Positions 1-12,100 of a stretch of DNA of 64,000 bases are shown here, in pieces. Position 1 is the first letter of the stretch, and each line of letters starts with the position of its first letter. A program made the position numbers and the translations under genes. Below the pieces are notes generated by a model. The model saw nothing but the letters and a program-made list of their open reading frames with translations, was not told the origin of the DNA and did not search any database. Source of the stretch: Phyllobates terribilis (lineage: Eukaryota); the NCBI RefSeq assembly GCF_046119375.1, contig NW_027362767.1, forward strand, positions 421,290,001 through 421,354,000, read 5' to 3'.

Positions 1-97
1 GGCTCCGGAGGGACCCTTTGAGTGTTTTAGTCTTTCTCATAATGTGATGCCACTCACGTGCCGGATTTAGGTATGACGGTAATTGTGTTATTCCCAG

Positions 98-170
98 GTT
101 GTACAATATCTCGTCAGGGAAGCAGGAGAAGGTTCTGAAGAGTTCACACAGTGGAGGAGCCTTGCTGAAG
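98..170 (+). CDS. WD40 gene exon ([24 protein letters not shown])
   Basis: ttcccag acceptor; AAG|gtaagc donor; WD40 blade sequence of the family. Confidence 0.88.
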
Positions 171-3100
171 GTAAGCGGTTGTCCTTTATCTACAGAAGGT
201 GACTCTACCCTGATAAAAATCATATTTCTGCTTCCCCCATGACGGCATCACGGAAAGAGGGGATCCGCCCTTCAAGGACAGGAAACCTACAGATAAAAGG
301 GTGGTATCTCTCTCCCTCATCAGTTGGTTTCCTGTCTGTGACGGGATCCTACAGTTCCGGAAGGAGGCATACCTGCGGGGTGCCTGAAGACTATCTTCGT
401 GGGATGCCAGGCCCCGCCAGTCCGATCCAGGCAGCGGGGAATCCCCTGCCTCGGCTGGTGCGGTGCCCTGATGCGCCACCGCTGGCATCCGTAGCCTTTA
501 GGGTGTGCGGGAGGGTGTCCAGACGAAGAGGACACGGCCTGTCGGGGCCGCTGAGGTGCTGTGCTGGACCCCCTGGTTGCGGCAGGTGGGAGCGCGGCAC
601 TGCCCGGCGGCGTTATTATGAACTTCCAGGATTGCCGTACGTGCGCGAGCGCGCCGGGCGCCTCCTGACGACCCGGCGCCGCAATGCATGACTGGGTAGC
701 CAGTCTGCGCAGGCGCAAGCATCCTCCCGCAGGTGCGGGGGAGGAGGGGGATGCCGGATCACCGCAGGCACTATGAGAGGTACTCCCAGTGCCTTAAAAG
801 ACAGCGGAGGATGCCAGGAAACTGCTTCTTAAAGCTCTGGCATGATGTCGGTAGGAAAAAAAAATATATATACAGTACAGACCAAAAGTTTGGACACACC
901 TTCTCATTTAAAGATTTTTCTGTATTTTCATGACTATGAAAATTCTACATTCACACTGAAGGCATCAAAACTATGAATTAACACATGTGGAATTATATAC
1001 TTAACAAAAAAGTGTGAAACAGCTGAAAATATGTCTTATATTCTAGGTTCTTCAGAGTAGCCACCTTTTTGCTTTGATGACTGCTTTGCACACTCTTGGC
1101 ATTCTCTTGATGAGCTTCAAGAGGTAGTCACTGGAAATGGTCTTCCAACAATCTTGAAGGAGTTCCCAGAGATGCTTAGCACTTGTTGGCCCTTTTGCCT
1201 TCACTCTGCGGTCCAGCTCACCCCAAACCATCTCGATTGGGTTCAGGTCTTGTGACTGTGGAGGCCAGGTCATCTGGCGTAGCACCCCATCACTCTCCTT
1301 CTTGGTCAAATAGCCCTTACACAGCCTGGAGGTGCGTTTGTGGTCATTGTCCTGTTGAAAAATAAATGATGGGCCAACTAAACGCAAACCGGATGGAATA
1401 GCATGCCGCTGCAAGATGCTGTGGTAGCCATGCTGGTTCAGTATGCCTTCAATTTTGAATAAATCCCCAACAGTGTCACGAGCAAAGAACCCCCACACCA
1501 TCACACCTCCTCCTCCATGCTTCACGGTGGGAACCAGGCATGTAGAGTCCATCCGTTCACCTTTTCTGCGTCGCACAAAGACACGGTGGTTGGAACCAAA
1601 GATCTCAAATTTGGACTCATCAGACCAAAGCACAGATTTCCACTGGTCTAATGTCCATTCCTTGTGTTCTTTATCCCAAACAAGTCTCTTCTGCTTGTTG
1701 CCTGTCCTTAGCAGTGGTTTCCTAGCAGCTATTTTACCATGAAGGCCTGCTGCACAAAGTCTCCTCTTAACAGTTGTTGTAGAGATGTGTCTGCTGCTAG
1801 AACTCTGTGTGGCATTGACCTGGTCTCTAATCTGAGCTGCTGTTAACCTGCGATTTCTGAGGCTGGTGACTCAGATAAACTTATCCTCAGAAGCAGAGGT
1901 GACTCTTGGTCTTCCTATCCTGGGGCGGTCCTCATGTGAGCCAGTTTCTTTGTAGCGCTTGATGGTTTTTGCAACTGCACTTGGGGACACTTTCAAAGTT
2001 TGCCCAATTTTTCAGACTGACTGACCTTCATTTCTTAAAGTAATGATGGCCACTCGTTTTTCTTTACTTAGCTGCTTTTTTTTTGCCATAATACAAATTC
2101 TAACAGTCTGTTCAGTAGGACTATCAGCTGTGTATCCACCTGACTTCTGCACAACACAATGGATGGTCCCAACCCCATTTTTAAGGCAAGAAATCCCACT
2201 TATTAAACCTGGCAGGGCACACCTGTGAAGTGAAAACCATTTCCGGTGACTACCTCTTCAAGCTCATCAAGAGAATGCCAAGAGTGTGCAAAGCAGTCAT
2301 CAAAGCAAAAGGTGGCTACTTTGAAGAACCTAGAATATCAGATATATTTTCAGTTGTTTCATACTTTTTTGTTAAGTATATAATTCCACATGTGTTAATT
2401 CATAGTTTTGATGCCTTCAGTGTGAATGTACAATTTTCATAGTCATCCCAACACAAAAAGAAGCCGGAAGGGTCGGGACACCATGACCGTAACAGTGGAA
2501 GCGGCTGCTCCGGCAGATCAGCGCAGCAAAGACTCCACCTCAGCATCTTCCAGGAGGCCTCGGTCTACAAAGATGGCTCCGCCTCCTGAACCGGTACCCG
2601 CTCTTCCGTCTGGTTGGTAAGTGATCTTCGTGAAAGTCCACTTTGTAACTAGCGGCCTCTCTCTCTCTCTCTCTCTTTTTGTCTCTCATTAGGGAAGAAA
2701 GAGCACGGGGAAAACAAAAAATTGGACCTGTGCACTATGCACAGAAGTCTTACCCACTACTTGGGATAAGAGACTCTGCAGCTCCTGCATTGAGCACACT
2801 ATATGCGAGGAAACCCCGAAATTTGCCTTTGAACTTAGAGACCTAATTAAATCGCAGGTCAAAGATACCATTAAATCCTTTCGGGGGGGGGGGGGGTGGT
2901 AAAAAGCTAAAAAAATCTAAAAACATATCCCCCCGAATAGCAGTTCTGAGAATGGCGTAGATTTGGACACTTCCGTTTCTTCATCTTCCTCTTCTTCGTC
3001 AACAGATAGAGGAGGACGGAGCCGTTTCCCTATCGAGGAAACAGCCTCATTAAGGCCGTCAGATCTACCATGGGGTTACCAGATCCCCGGCCCAAGACGT

Positions 3101-6100
3101 CTATCCAGGACATAATGTTCAGCTGTCTAGAGCAAAAAAAGAGGAGATCTTTTCCACTAAATGAGCAAGTTCATTCTTTAAGAAGGAGTGGAAAAGACCA
3201 GAGAGGAAGGGCCTCCTTTCCCCAAAGTGTAAGTACCAGTTTGATGACCCTGCATGTTCCTTTTGGGAGAAAGCTCCAAAACTGGAGGTTGCCAAAGCCT
3301 CAAAGAAATACTCCCTTCCATTTGAGGACATGGGCGTCTTAAAAGACCCCATGGATAAAAAAGCAGACTCCTTCCTGAAGGGTTCCTGGGAAGCCGCTGG
3401 GGAGGGGGGGGGGGTTAAAACCTGTGGTAGCTGCCACATGTACGGCCAGGTCATTAATGGTCTGGCTAGACCAGCTTGAAACACAACTGCGGCAGAAAAC
3501 ATCTAGAGAGACAATCCTTGAAACTATCCCGGTAATGAAAGGGGCAGCGGCCTTCCTAGCTGACGCCTCGGCGGACTCCGTCAGGTTAGGCGCTAGGGCG
3601 ACAGGGCTTGCTAATGCGGCCAGACGAGCCTTCTGGCTCAGATGTTGGCCCGGGGATCTACAGACAAAATCGAGATTGTGCTCCATCCCCTGTGAGGGCG
3701 AATTTCTATTCGGGCCCACCCTTGATGACATCTTAGAAAAAGCGGGGGACAATAAGAAGCGGTTCCCTATCCTGTCTAACACTACTTACAGAAAACCTTT
3801 TCGGAGCAAAAGGTTTATCCATAGAAAACCCCCTAAAGAGCAGGATAGGTGGGAAGACAGGAGAATAAAGAACAAAGGGTTCCTATTTAACAAACCCCTC
3901 AATGATAGCAGAAAGTCCTCCCAATGAGGATTTGCCCCGGGTGGGGGGAATTCTATCAGGCTTTCTCCCGGCCTGGGAATTAATATCAGACAGCTCATGG
4001 ATTCTGATCATAATACAATCGGGCCTGAAACTCCAATTCCTCACATTCCCTCAGCCAAACTTTTTCGTAACCCCCGAAAGGTCCTCAAACGAGGAGCAGC
4101 TGGCCTTGGAGCAGGAAATCCGGGGACTGGTAGGGAAGGTCCCGTGGGGGGAGGAAGGCAAGGGCTTTTATTCTCCGTTATTCCTAAGAAAAAAAACAGA
4201 TGGGGACGTACAGGACGATTGTAAACCTAAAAAAGCTGAACAAACTTTTGAAGGTGGAAGCCTACTAAATGGAAACCATAAAATCATCAGTAAAAATGCT
4301 GTTTCCCTATTGTTTCATGGCCGTCCTGGATTTAAAAGACTCTTATTATCACGTCCCGATACACAAAGACTACCGGAAGTTCCTCAGAGTAGCAGTTCCT
4401 ATAGGTGGAGTGGTCAAACACTATCAATATACGGCCCTCCCATTCGGCATCGCCATAGCCCCAAGGGTTTTCACCAAAATTATTGCAGACGTAATGGCTC
4501 GTCTAAGGGAACAGAACACCCTTGTCATCCCATACCTAGACGACTTCCTGGTAATAGGCAGCTCCTTCCTAAACTGCAAAACTCATCTTGGGAAGGTCAT
4601 AGATTCTTTGAGACGCTTAGGATGGCTTTTGAATCTGGAAAAATCCAAAACAGCACCGTGCCAGATACAGGAATGCCTAGGCATCATGCTGGATTCGGAA
4701 AGACAGGAGTGTCGTCTCCCCACAGGGAAAATTCACAAAATCATAGACCAGATATTGTGGGCAAAGTCCAACCCGTCTATGTCCCTACGGAAAGCCATGT
4801 CCCTTCTAGGCTCCCTGACAACATGTTTCCCGGCCGTCCAATGGGCTCAGATACATACCAGGATCCTACAGTGGGAAATCCTAGAGGCAGAAAAATCCCT
4901 AAAAGGGCATTTAGAAGGGCAGCTAACGTTATCTGCAGAAACGACACTTTCCCTGGAGTGGTGGGGGAACATAGACAATCTAGCCCGGGGTATTCCTTGG
5001 ACAATCCCTACACCTCAAATTCTGACCACAGATGCAAGTCCTGAGGACTGGGGGTCTCACCTCAACAACCTTGTAGCTCAGGGGGTCTGGACAGAATGCC
5101 TAAAGCTAGTTTCCTCAAACATGAAGGAGCTTCTAGCAGTAGAGCAGGCACTCCGGGAATTCATGCACATACTACAAGGCCACCACGTGAGGGTCTTCTC
5201 AGACAACTGAGTAGTAGTGGCATACCTGAACCACCAGGGGGGTACTCGGTCCCATTCCCTGATGCAGGCGACAGAGGTCATCTTTCACTTAACTGAGGAA
5301 AACTTACATTCCCTGTCAGCTCTACACATAAGAGGGATAGAAAATCTAACCGCAGACTTCCTGAGTCGGACACAGCTAAAGCAGGGCGAATGGGATTTAA
5401 ACCAGTCAGTTTTTCGTCAGATTGTACAAATGTGGGTACGTCCCTCCATAGATCTGTTTGCCAACAATCGAAACAAGAAAACACACACTTTCTGCTCCCT
5501 AGACCCCAAAGGAAACCCCATAGCTGTGGATGCCTTCATGATCCCATGGAGTTACCCTCTAGCTTACGCTTTTCCTCCGACCGCTCTGATTCCAGCTGTT
5601 CTGAGGAAAATCAGGGAAGAGAAAGCGAGAGTAATCTTGATAGCCCCCTTTTGACCAAAGAGGGCATGGTTTTCGTGGCTGAGGATGTTATCAATCTCCG
5701 ACCCATGGGTTCTTCCGGAGCTTCCGGACCTTCTTTCTCAGGGTCCGTTTCTCCATCCTCGGGCTTCAAACTTACACTTGACAGCCTGGAATTTGAGAGG
5801 GCTCTTCTGAAGGACAAGGGTTTCTCCCCAAATCTTATCACCACACTACTTCAAAGTAGGAAACCAGTGACCACCAAACTGTACGTGAAAACCTGGAAGA
5901 AATTCCTTTGTCTCAGGTTCCAGGTTGGGTGGGGAGGTTCCATTGACTGCTATCCTGGAATTTTTACAGAGGGGGTTGGAACAGGGTCTGGCCACAAGTA
6001 CCTTAAAAGTTCAAGTTGCAGCCCTGGGAGCGCTCTACAATTTTGATCTTGCTAGGGATAGATGGGTATCTAGGTTCATTAAAGCGTCATCCAGATCCCA

Positions 6101-9100
6101 ACCCATCCCGAAATACTACACCTTGGGATTTAAACTTGGTCCTTTCAGCTTTAACAGAGGCCCCTTTTGAACCTCTGTCGGAAGCGTCCCTAAAAATTCT
6201 TTCCCTCAAAACAGCGCTCTTAGTAGCTCTCACATCCGCACATAGGGCCTGAATATCACTAATCCTATCGGCAGGCCCCCCCTTCACTCAAATCTTGGAG
6301 GATAGGGTTACTCTGAAAACTGACCCTGCCTACCTGCCAAAAGTGGCGTCAAGATTCCACAGGTCCCAGGAAATCACCCTCCCTTCTTTCTGCCCCAACC
6401 CTAGGAACACGAAAGAGAGAGTCTTGCATACACTAGACGTCAGAAGGTGCCTAATCCGGTACCTAAAGCTTTCAGGGCCCTCGTAAGGGAAAGAAAGCTT
6501 CCAAGGGCACGCTGGCCAGGTGGATACGGGAGGCCATCATACTATCGTACTCCTCACGCGGGGAAGCTGCCCCGGAGAAACTGAAGGCCCACTCAACAAG
6601 AGCGGTAGCAGCCTCCTGGGTGGAGAAGGCCGGTGCTACAATAGAGCAGATATGTAGAGCAGCAACCTGGTCTTCCCCCCTCTACCTTCTTCAATCACTA
6701 CCGGCTAGATTTAACCTCTTCTTCAGACCTTACTTTCGGGAGAAGGGTTCTGGTAGCTGTGCTCCCCCCCCCCCCCTAATGAGTCACTTCTCTGTAATTC
6801 TCTCCGTGGTACCGTCATGAGGGAAGGAGAAAGACATAGTTACTTACCGGTAACAGGATTTCTCTGAGCCCATGATGGCACCCGTACATTCCCTCCCTTC
6901 ACGTGTGGGTGCACACACTTATTAGTTACCCGTTGTAGCCACGTGGTGTTTCTGGAAATTTTGTGTTACTAACCTGGTGGTCCTCTCATGCTCTGTAAAC
7001 AACTGATGCGGGAGAGAGGCGCCGCCCTTTTATCTGTAGGTTTCCTGTCCTTGAAGGGCAGATCCCCTCTCTCAGGTGGTGCCGTCATGGGCTCTGAGAA
7101 ATTCCGTTACCGGTAAGTAACTACATCTTTTTCCACTGTTATTTTCCCAAAATCTTCCTTTGTTACATTGATAATTAGGCTGCACTATGGGTGTGGCCAA
7201 GCCATTTAAGGCTTCTTCCCATATACATGTCTTATGGCCTTCTCTACACGTCTTGTTTGACAGCACCATCTCCACTGAAATCTTACTCCATTCACAAGAG
7301 CTCCGACACCACGCACAACGTCCGTTCTCCTGGAGTCCTGTTGACTGCTGGTACTCTTAAGTACGGAGCAAGATTTCAGTGCAAGCAAGATGGGTGGAGA
7401 CATGTACAAGAGAAGCTGCACTGAATTGCTTGGCCACACCCAAGGTGCACCGAGCACCAAATTGACATTAACCCAGCACTTCTGGACGATTCAATGCCCC
7501 CCCCCACCCCCATCCCTTCTGTGCATTTCCGGATACGGACGATCATTTCCCATCTTTAATCTTCAAGGTACAAATGGATCCATCGGGGAGATTCTTTGCT
7601 ACGAGCTGCTCCAACAAGAACCTCTCCATCTTCGATTTGCAAACCGGGGAATGTGTCGCAACGATGTACGGACACTCGGGTCGGTGTAACTTATCTGTCG
7701 TATGGTCCATTACCCGGTCTGTATCCGTATACAGAGTACAGGCTGCTCTGTGTGTCTGTATTCTGCTGACGGATTCAGAATGGAAAGTAGTTTAATATTC
7801 CCATCAGTGGCCGTTAGAAGTGATCATGGTCTTCTCTTCCAGATATCGTCACTGACATGAAGTTTACCCGCGACTGCAGAAGACTGATCACGGTGTCTGG
7901 AGACAGGTCTGTTGCCATTAATGTGGTCATCGGGAGCCTTTCTCCTTCCTGTTCTAGCAGACACTGCCGGACGAAAGTGGAAACTTGGCAAAGCTATAGT
8001 ATTTAGCACAAGGATTCCCAGGACCCTGGTATTTGGGTCTTAGTGGTAGTCCACGGCTGCTGGAACAAAGCCTTCAGAGCCTCCTGGTTCCCGCAGCATC
8101 CGCTGTTCTGATTAGCATGCATGCATCGCACCACTACTTAATGGTATTGTGGGGCCTGCTAATCAGACGAATTGCTGGGAATCTTGCAGATAGTAGGAAG
8201 TTTGTTGTACTTTGGTCCGGTGGCTGCTCGGTCAGGGTCCTGCAGAACAATTAGTGAAACCACCACTGTCCAGTGTCCCAGTTGGTCTTTAGTATATCTC
8301 TCTATAAAGCCTCTGGGCCCAAAAAGTATGTTTAAAAAAAAAAAAGTTAATAAGGCTGTGTGCCCACTATGCTTTTTTAAAGTGTTTCCGCAGCGGAAAC
8401 ACTTAAAAAACGCTTGGTAGAAGGTCTGCCATGTTCCCCAATGATAATCCGCATGTGCTGTGCACATGCTGCGGAAATTTCCGCTGCAGATTATCATTAC
8501 GGAAAAATCCGCAGCATTACCAATTATTTTGCGGAATCGCGGCATTTTCGCCGCCATTGACTTGCACTGGAACGCATGTCATCCGCATCACTGCATCTGC
8601 AGATGCGGATTCCATGCTTTACAATGTGCAGATGGTACCCGGGTTTGGAGAAGAGGAGACTCTCCTCCAGACCCGNNNNNNNNNNNNNNNNNNNNNNNNN
8701 NNNNNNNNNNNNNNNNNNNNNNNNNNNNNNNNNNNNNNNNNNNNNNNNNNNNNNNNNNNNNNNNNNNNNNNNNNNNNNNNNNNNNNNNNNNNNNNNNNNN
8801 NNNNNNNNNNNNNCCCCCGGTGTCCTTAGCGATGCGTCTTGGCTTGCCGGCAGCTCGCGATGGTCTAAAAAGGACCTGCCATGACATCATTTAGTCATGT
8901 GACGGGTCACGCGACCGCTGACGTCGGCGGTCGCGTGACCCGTCATATGACTAAATGACGTCATGGCAGGTCCTTTCAGTCCACCACGAGCTGCCGATAA
9001 GCCAAGACGCATCAGATATGGACACCGGGGGCCATCAGAAGCTAAGTATAATGTGTATTTTTTATTTTATTCTTTTTTTTTACAGGTACTATGGTACCCG

Positions 9101-12100
9101 GGTCCGGAGGAGAGTCTCCTGTTCTCCAAACCCGGGTACCATTCTTTTACGGTCACACTATATAAATCCATGCCGGTTGCATGGATTTATATAGTGTGAC
9201 CAAGCACTTTCCAAGTGATGCTAAAATCGCTTGTAAACCCACATGCGGAAATGCAAGTGAAGAACGCTTCACATCAGCATGTCCCTGGCAGGAAAAACGC
9301 ATGTACAATCCGCATGCGTTTTTTCTGCCAGGGAAAAATGCCAGGGAAAAATCCAGAGCATTTCTGCATCGTGGGCACATAGCCTAAAAGTACAGGGAGG
9401 AGGGGGGGTATGCAGCTGCAGCTTCTGTATGTCTGATTACATGCTGTGACAGGGCAGTTATGGTGGGAAGACACAAATATTTTCTGGCTTCTTTTTGCTG
9501 CTTGCTGATAGTTTTGGCATTAATATTAAACTTTCAGTAAAATTTTGAGTTATTTTTTGCAGCTGCATCTTCGTCTGGAAGCTGCACCCCGCCATGACCT
9601 CATGTATGAGGCACCAGCTGACGGAGATGGACACGGAGGGGAAGAGCAACGTGGACGTGACCTCTCCTGCTAATACCAGGTGAGATGAGGGCAGCGGCCT
9701 CGCGGCTCTACTCTACATGGTATACGGCCATTGGTGACTTATTCTGATGCTTCCAGGAGAGAGCCCTTCGTGGTCGGCCCCCTGGACGAAAGCTCCCAGG
9801 ATGACCTGTTCTATGAAAAAGACAGTGATGTTGATGAGCCCTCACCTGATACCCCAATAAATGACGGCTTTGAAGCAGGTAATTATCAGTCAGCCTTCCT
9901 GACCCTCCATGGACCTCTCTTGACTGTAACTGTATTTGTTTGGTTTGTTTTGTTGTTTGTTTGTCTTCGTATTATTTATTTTATTATTTAATATCTTGGT
10001 TACTGTTCAGACAGTCCCCAAGTTCTCATAAGAATCCTTCTAGTGTAAAACAGGTGAGAGTAGGGAGAGGAGGGGGATGCAGCTGCAGCTTCTCACTCCT
10101 TCATTCACAGTGTGGGAGGGTCCACATAGTAAATATCTGATTGGTTGAGAGCATATTAGAACCCGCCCACTGAGGAGGGAAAGCGGGAAGGACCCAGTTT
10201 CTGTAGTTCTCACATCTCTGCCACGTTTGGTCTTGCTATCAGTACTCGGAGTTGACCGTCTCGTGTGGCTTTTGTCGCTGACCCCTATATGAAGAAGAAA
10301 GCTGCTGTAGCATTATATACCAGATCTGTATCCACCTTTCTGTCTCGCTCATGGGTGAGAGAACAGTGAAGTCTCCCCGGAGGCCGTGTCCTTTTGGCTA
10401 TATGACTGGCGGTGGCCTCATGTCTGCTGTTCTGCTTATGGGATACGGGGTCTTCTGGGTCAGTGTTACTAATAAGACCCTTTTTTTTTATTCTAGATCC
10501 CACCTTTCTGCATACTAATGGCAAACTCCCAATGTGGGTGAGGAAGCTGGTAAGTCGGGCGATGGTTTGATGTTGTAGACCTGACAGGCGGCACATAACA
10601 TTTTACATAATATGGAGAAAAGACCCAGGAGGATACGAGTCTTCTGTAATTACATGCAGAAGAGGCAATGCTTCCTGGGAAAAGTATGCAAATCAGCTCT
10701 CCTCCAGAGGGAAATACTATTATGGAACTTAAAAGGAAGGGAGGAAATAAAAATGGATCCATCTCCATGGCGTTAATGGCATCTCGATCACCTCTGTGCT
10801 GACGAGGAGCAAAACCCCAGGCATAGTGCTGACAACGGATGGGTTTCAGTGATGTCTCATCATGATTCAAGGCTCCATAATGGGTCCGGTGTTGTCTTAT
10901 AAGATGGCCACCAATAGGTGGCACTGGAGACAGTTTCCTTCCTTGTGGCGGAGAGCTAATTTGCATGCCTGTAAGGCCCGCGCACCAGAATTGACAGTTG
11001 GTCGCCTTTTTGGGGCAGGGTCGATGCCTCTCGTCTGCATTGGGAGGTAAATATAAGTATTGGTTCCACCTGTTCTCCGGGGTTATAGGATAAAGACAAG
11101 AATGAACCCCTGGTCGTCCTCTCCCAAAATCATTACCAGCCTCAGGGACGTTGGAACCAAAGCGACACCGGCGCCATCCTGATCCGAAACTTCTTGAACG
11201 ACAGTGATCTTAGTTACTGCTGTACCCCGGACCACGAGCCGGGAGCGCACTCCTTCCTGGACGACACTACGGACATGGAGGGAGTGGAGCCCAGAAGTCT
11301 GCAGGAACTGCTGGAGGTGAGTGATGAGGCTCCGCTGAGGTGAGTGATGAGGCTCCGCTGAGGTGAGTGATGAGGCCCCGCTGAGGTGAGTGATGAGGCC
11401 CCGCTGAGGTGAGTGATGAGGCCCCGCTGAGGTGAGTGATGAGGCCCCGCTGAGGTGAGTGAGATGCTCCAGGGCAGCACAAGATGATGGTGCAGTCCTG
11501 ACACTGGGGTGACTGAGGCCGTGCAGCCCACCCTGGTATGTCTGTATGGGTCTATCTGAGGCTGTTCCCTGCCCCTCCATATCCCACTCATAGGGGTGCA
11601 CCTGCCTCTGTGCAGATAAGGTATCTTCCTCCATTCCCACCACCTCCATTGGCCGTGTGAGCAAGCTTTTCGCTTAAAGGGGTATTCCCACCTCCAACAT
11701 CCTATCCCAATATGTAGTAGGTATAATAATATTAGTAAATACCTCCAATTAGAAATGTAGTATAGTTCTCCTGATTCACTATGTCGCTTACCCCATGTAC
11801 AGGGCATTGCAGTAGCTTAGGTATCCATGGTTACATCCACTCATATAGCAACATTTAGACAGCTCTTAGTGGTCGTAACCATGGAGGTAACATGGGGTCA
11901 GCGACATAGCAAACCTGAAGAACTGTACTACATTTCTAATTGGAGGTATTTGCTAATATTTTTTATTATTATTCCACCTACTACATATTGGGATAGGATC
12001 TTGGAGATGGGAATACCCTTTTAATGTAGATCGGACCCCTGGCCCAGCAAGGGTTTAACCATTTCAGTTATCGTCTTATCACAACATGGCTTTAAAGGGG

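Larger units (their letters stand above)
225..7127 (+). mobile_element. DIRS1-like tyrosine-recombinase retrotransposon (copy A), decayed, intronic
   Basis: Left ITR from 225 is inverted at ~6998-7100; internal complementary region ~6805-6882 matches both termini; gag, RT/RNase H/MT and YR remnants in order. Confidence 0.93.

Noticed and set aside
186-933. Several GC-rich short ORFs
   Set aside because: Fall in the DIRS-A ITR and leader; no recognisable domains.
11083-11807. Minus-strand ORFs of 193 and 197 aa
   Set aside because: Antisense to the exon 11089-11316 and the 23-bp repeat; no independent protein features.
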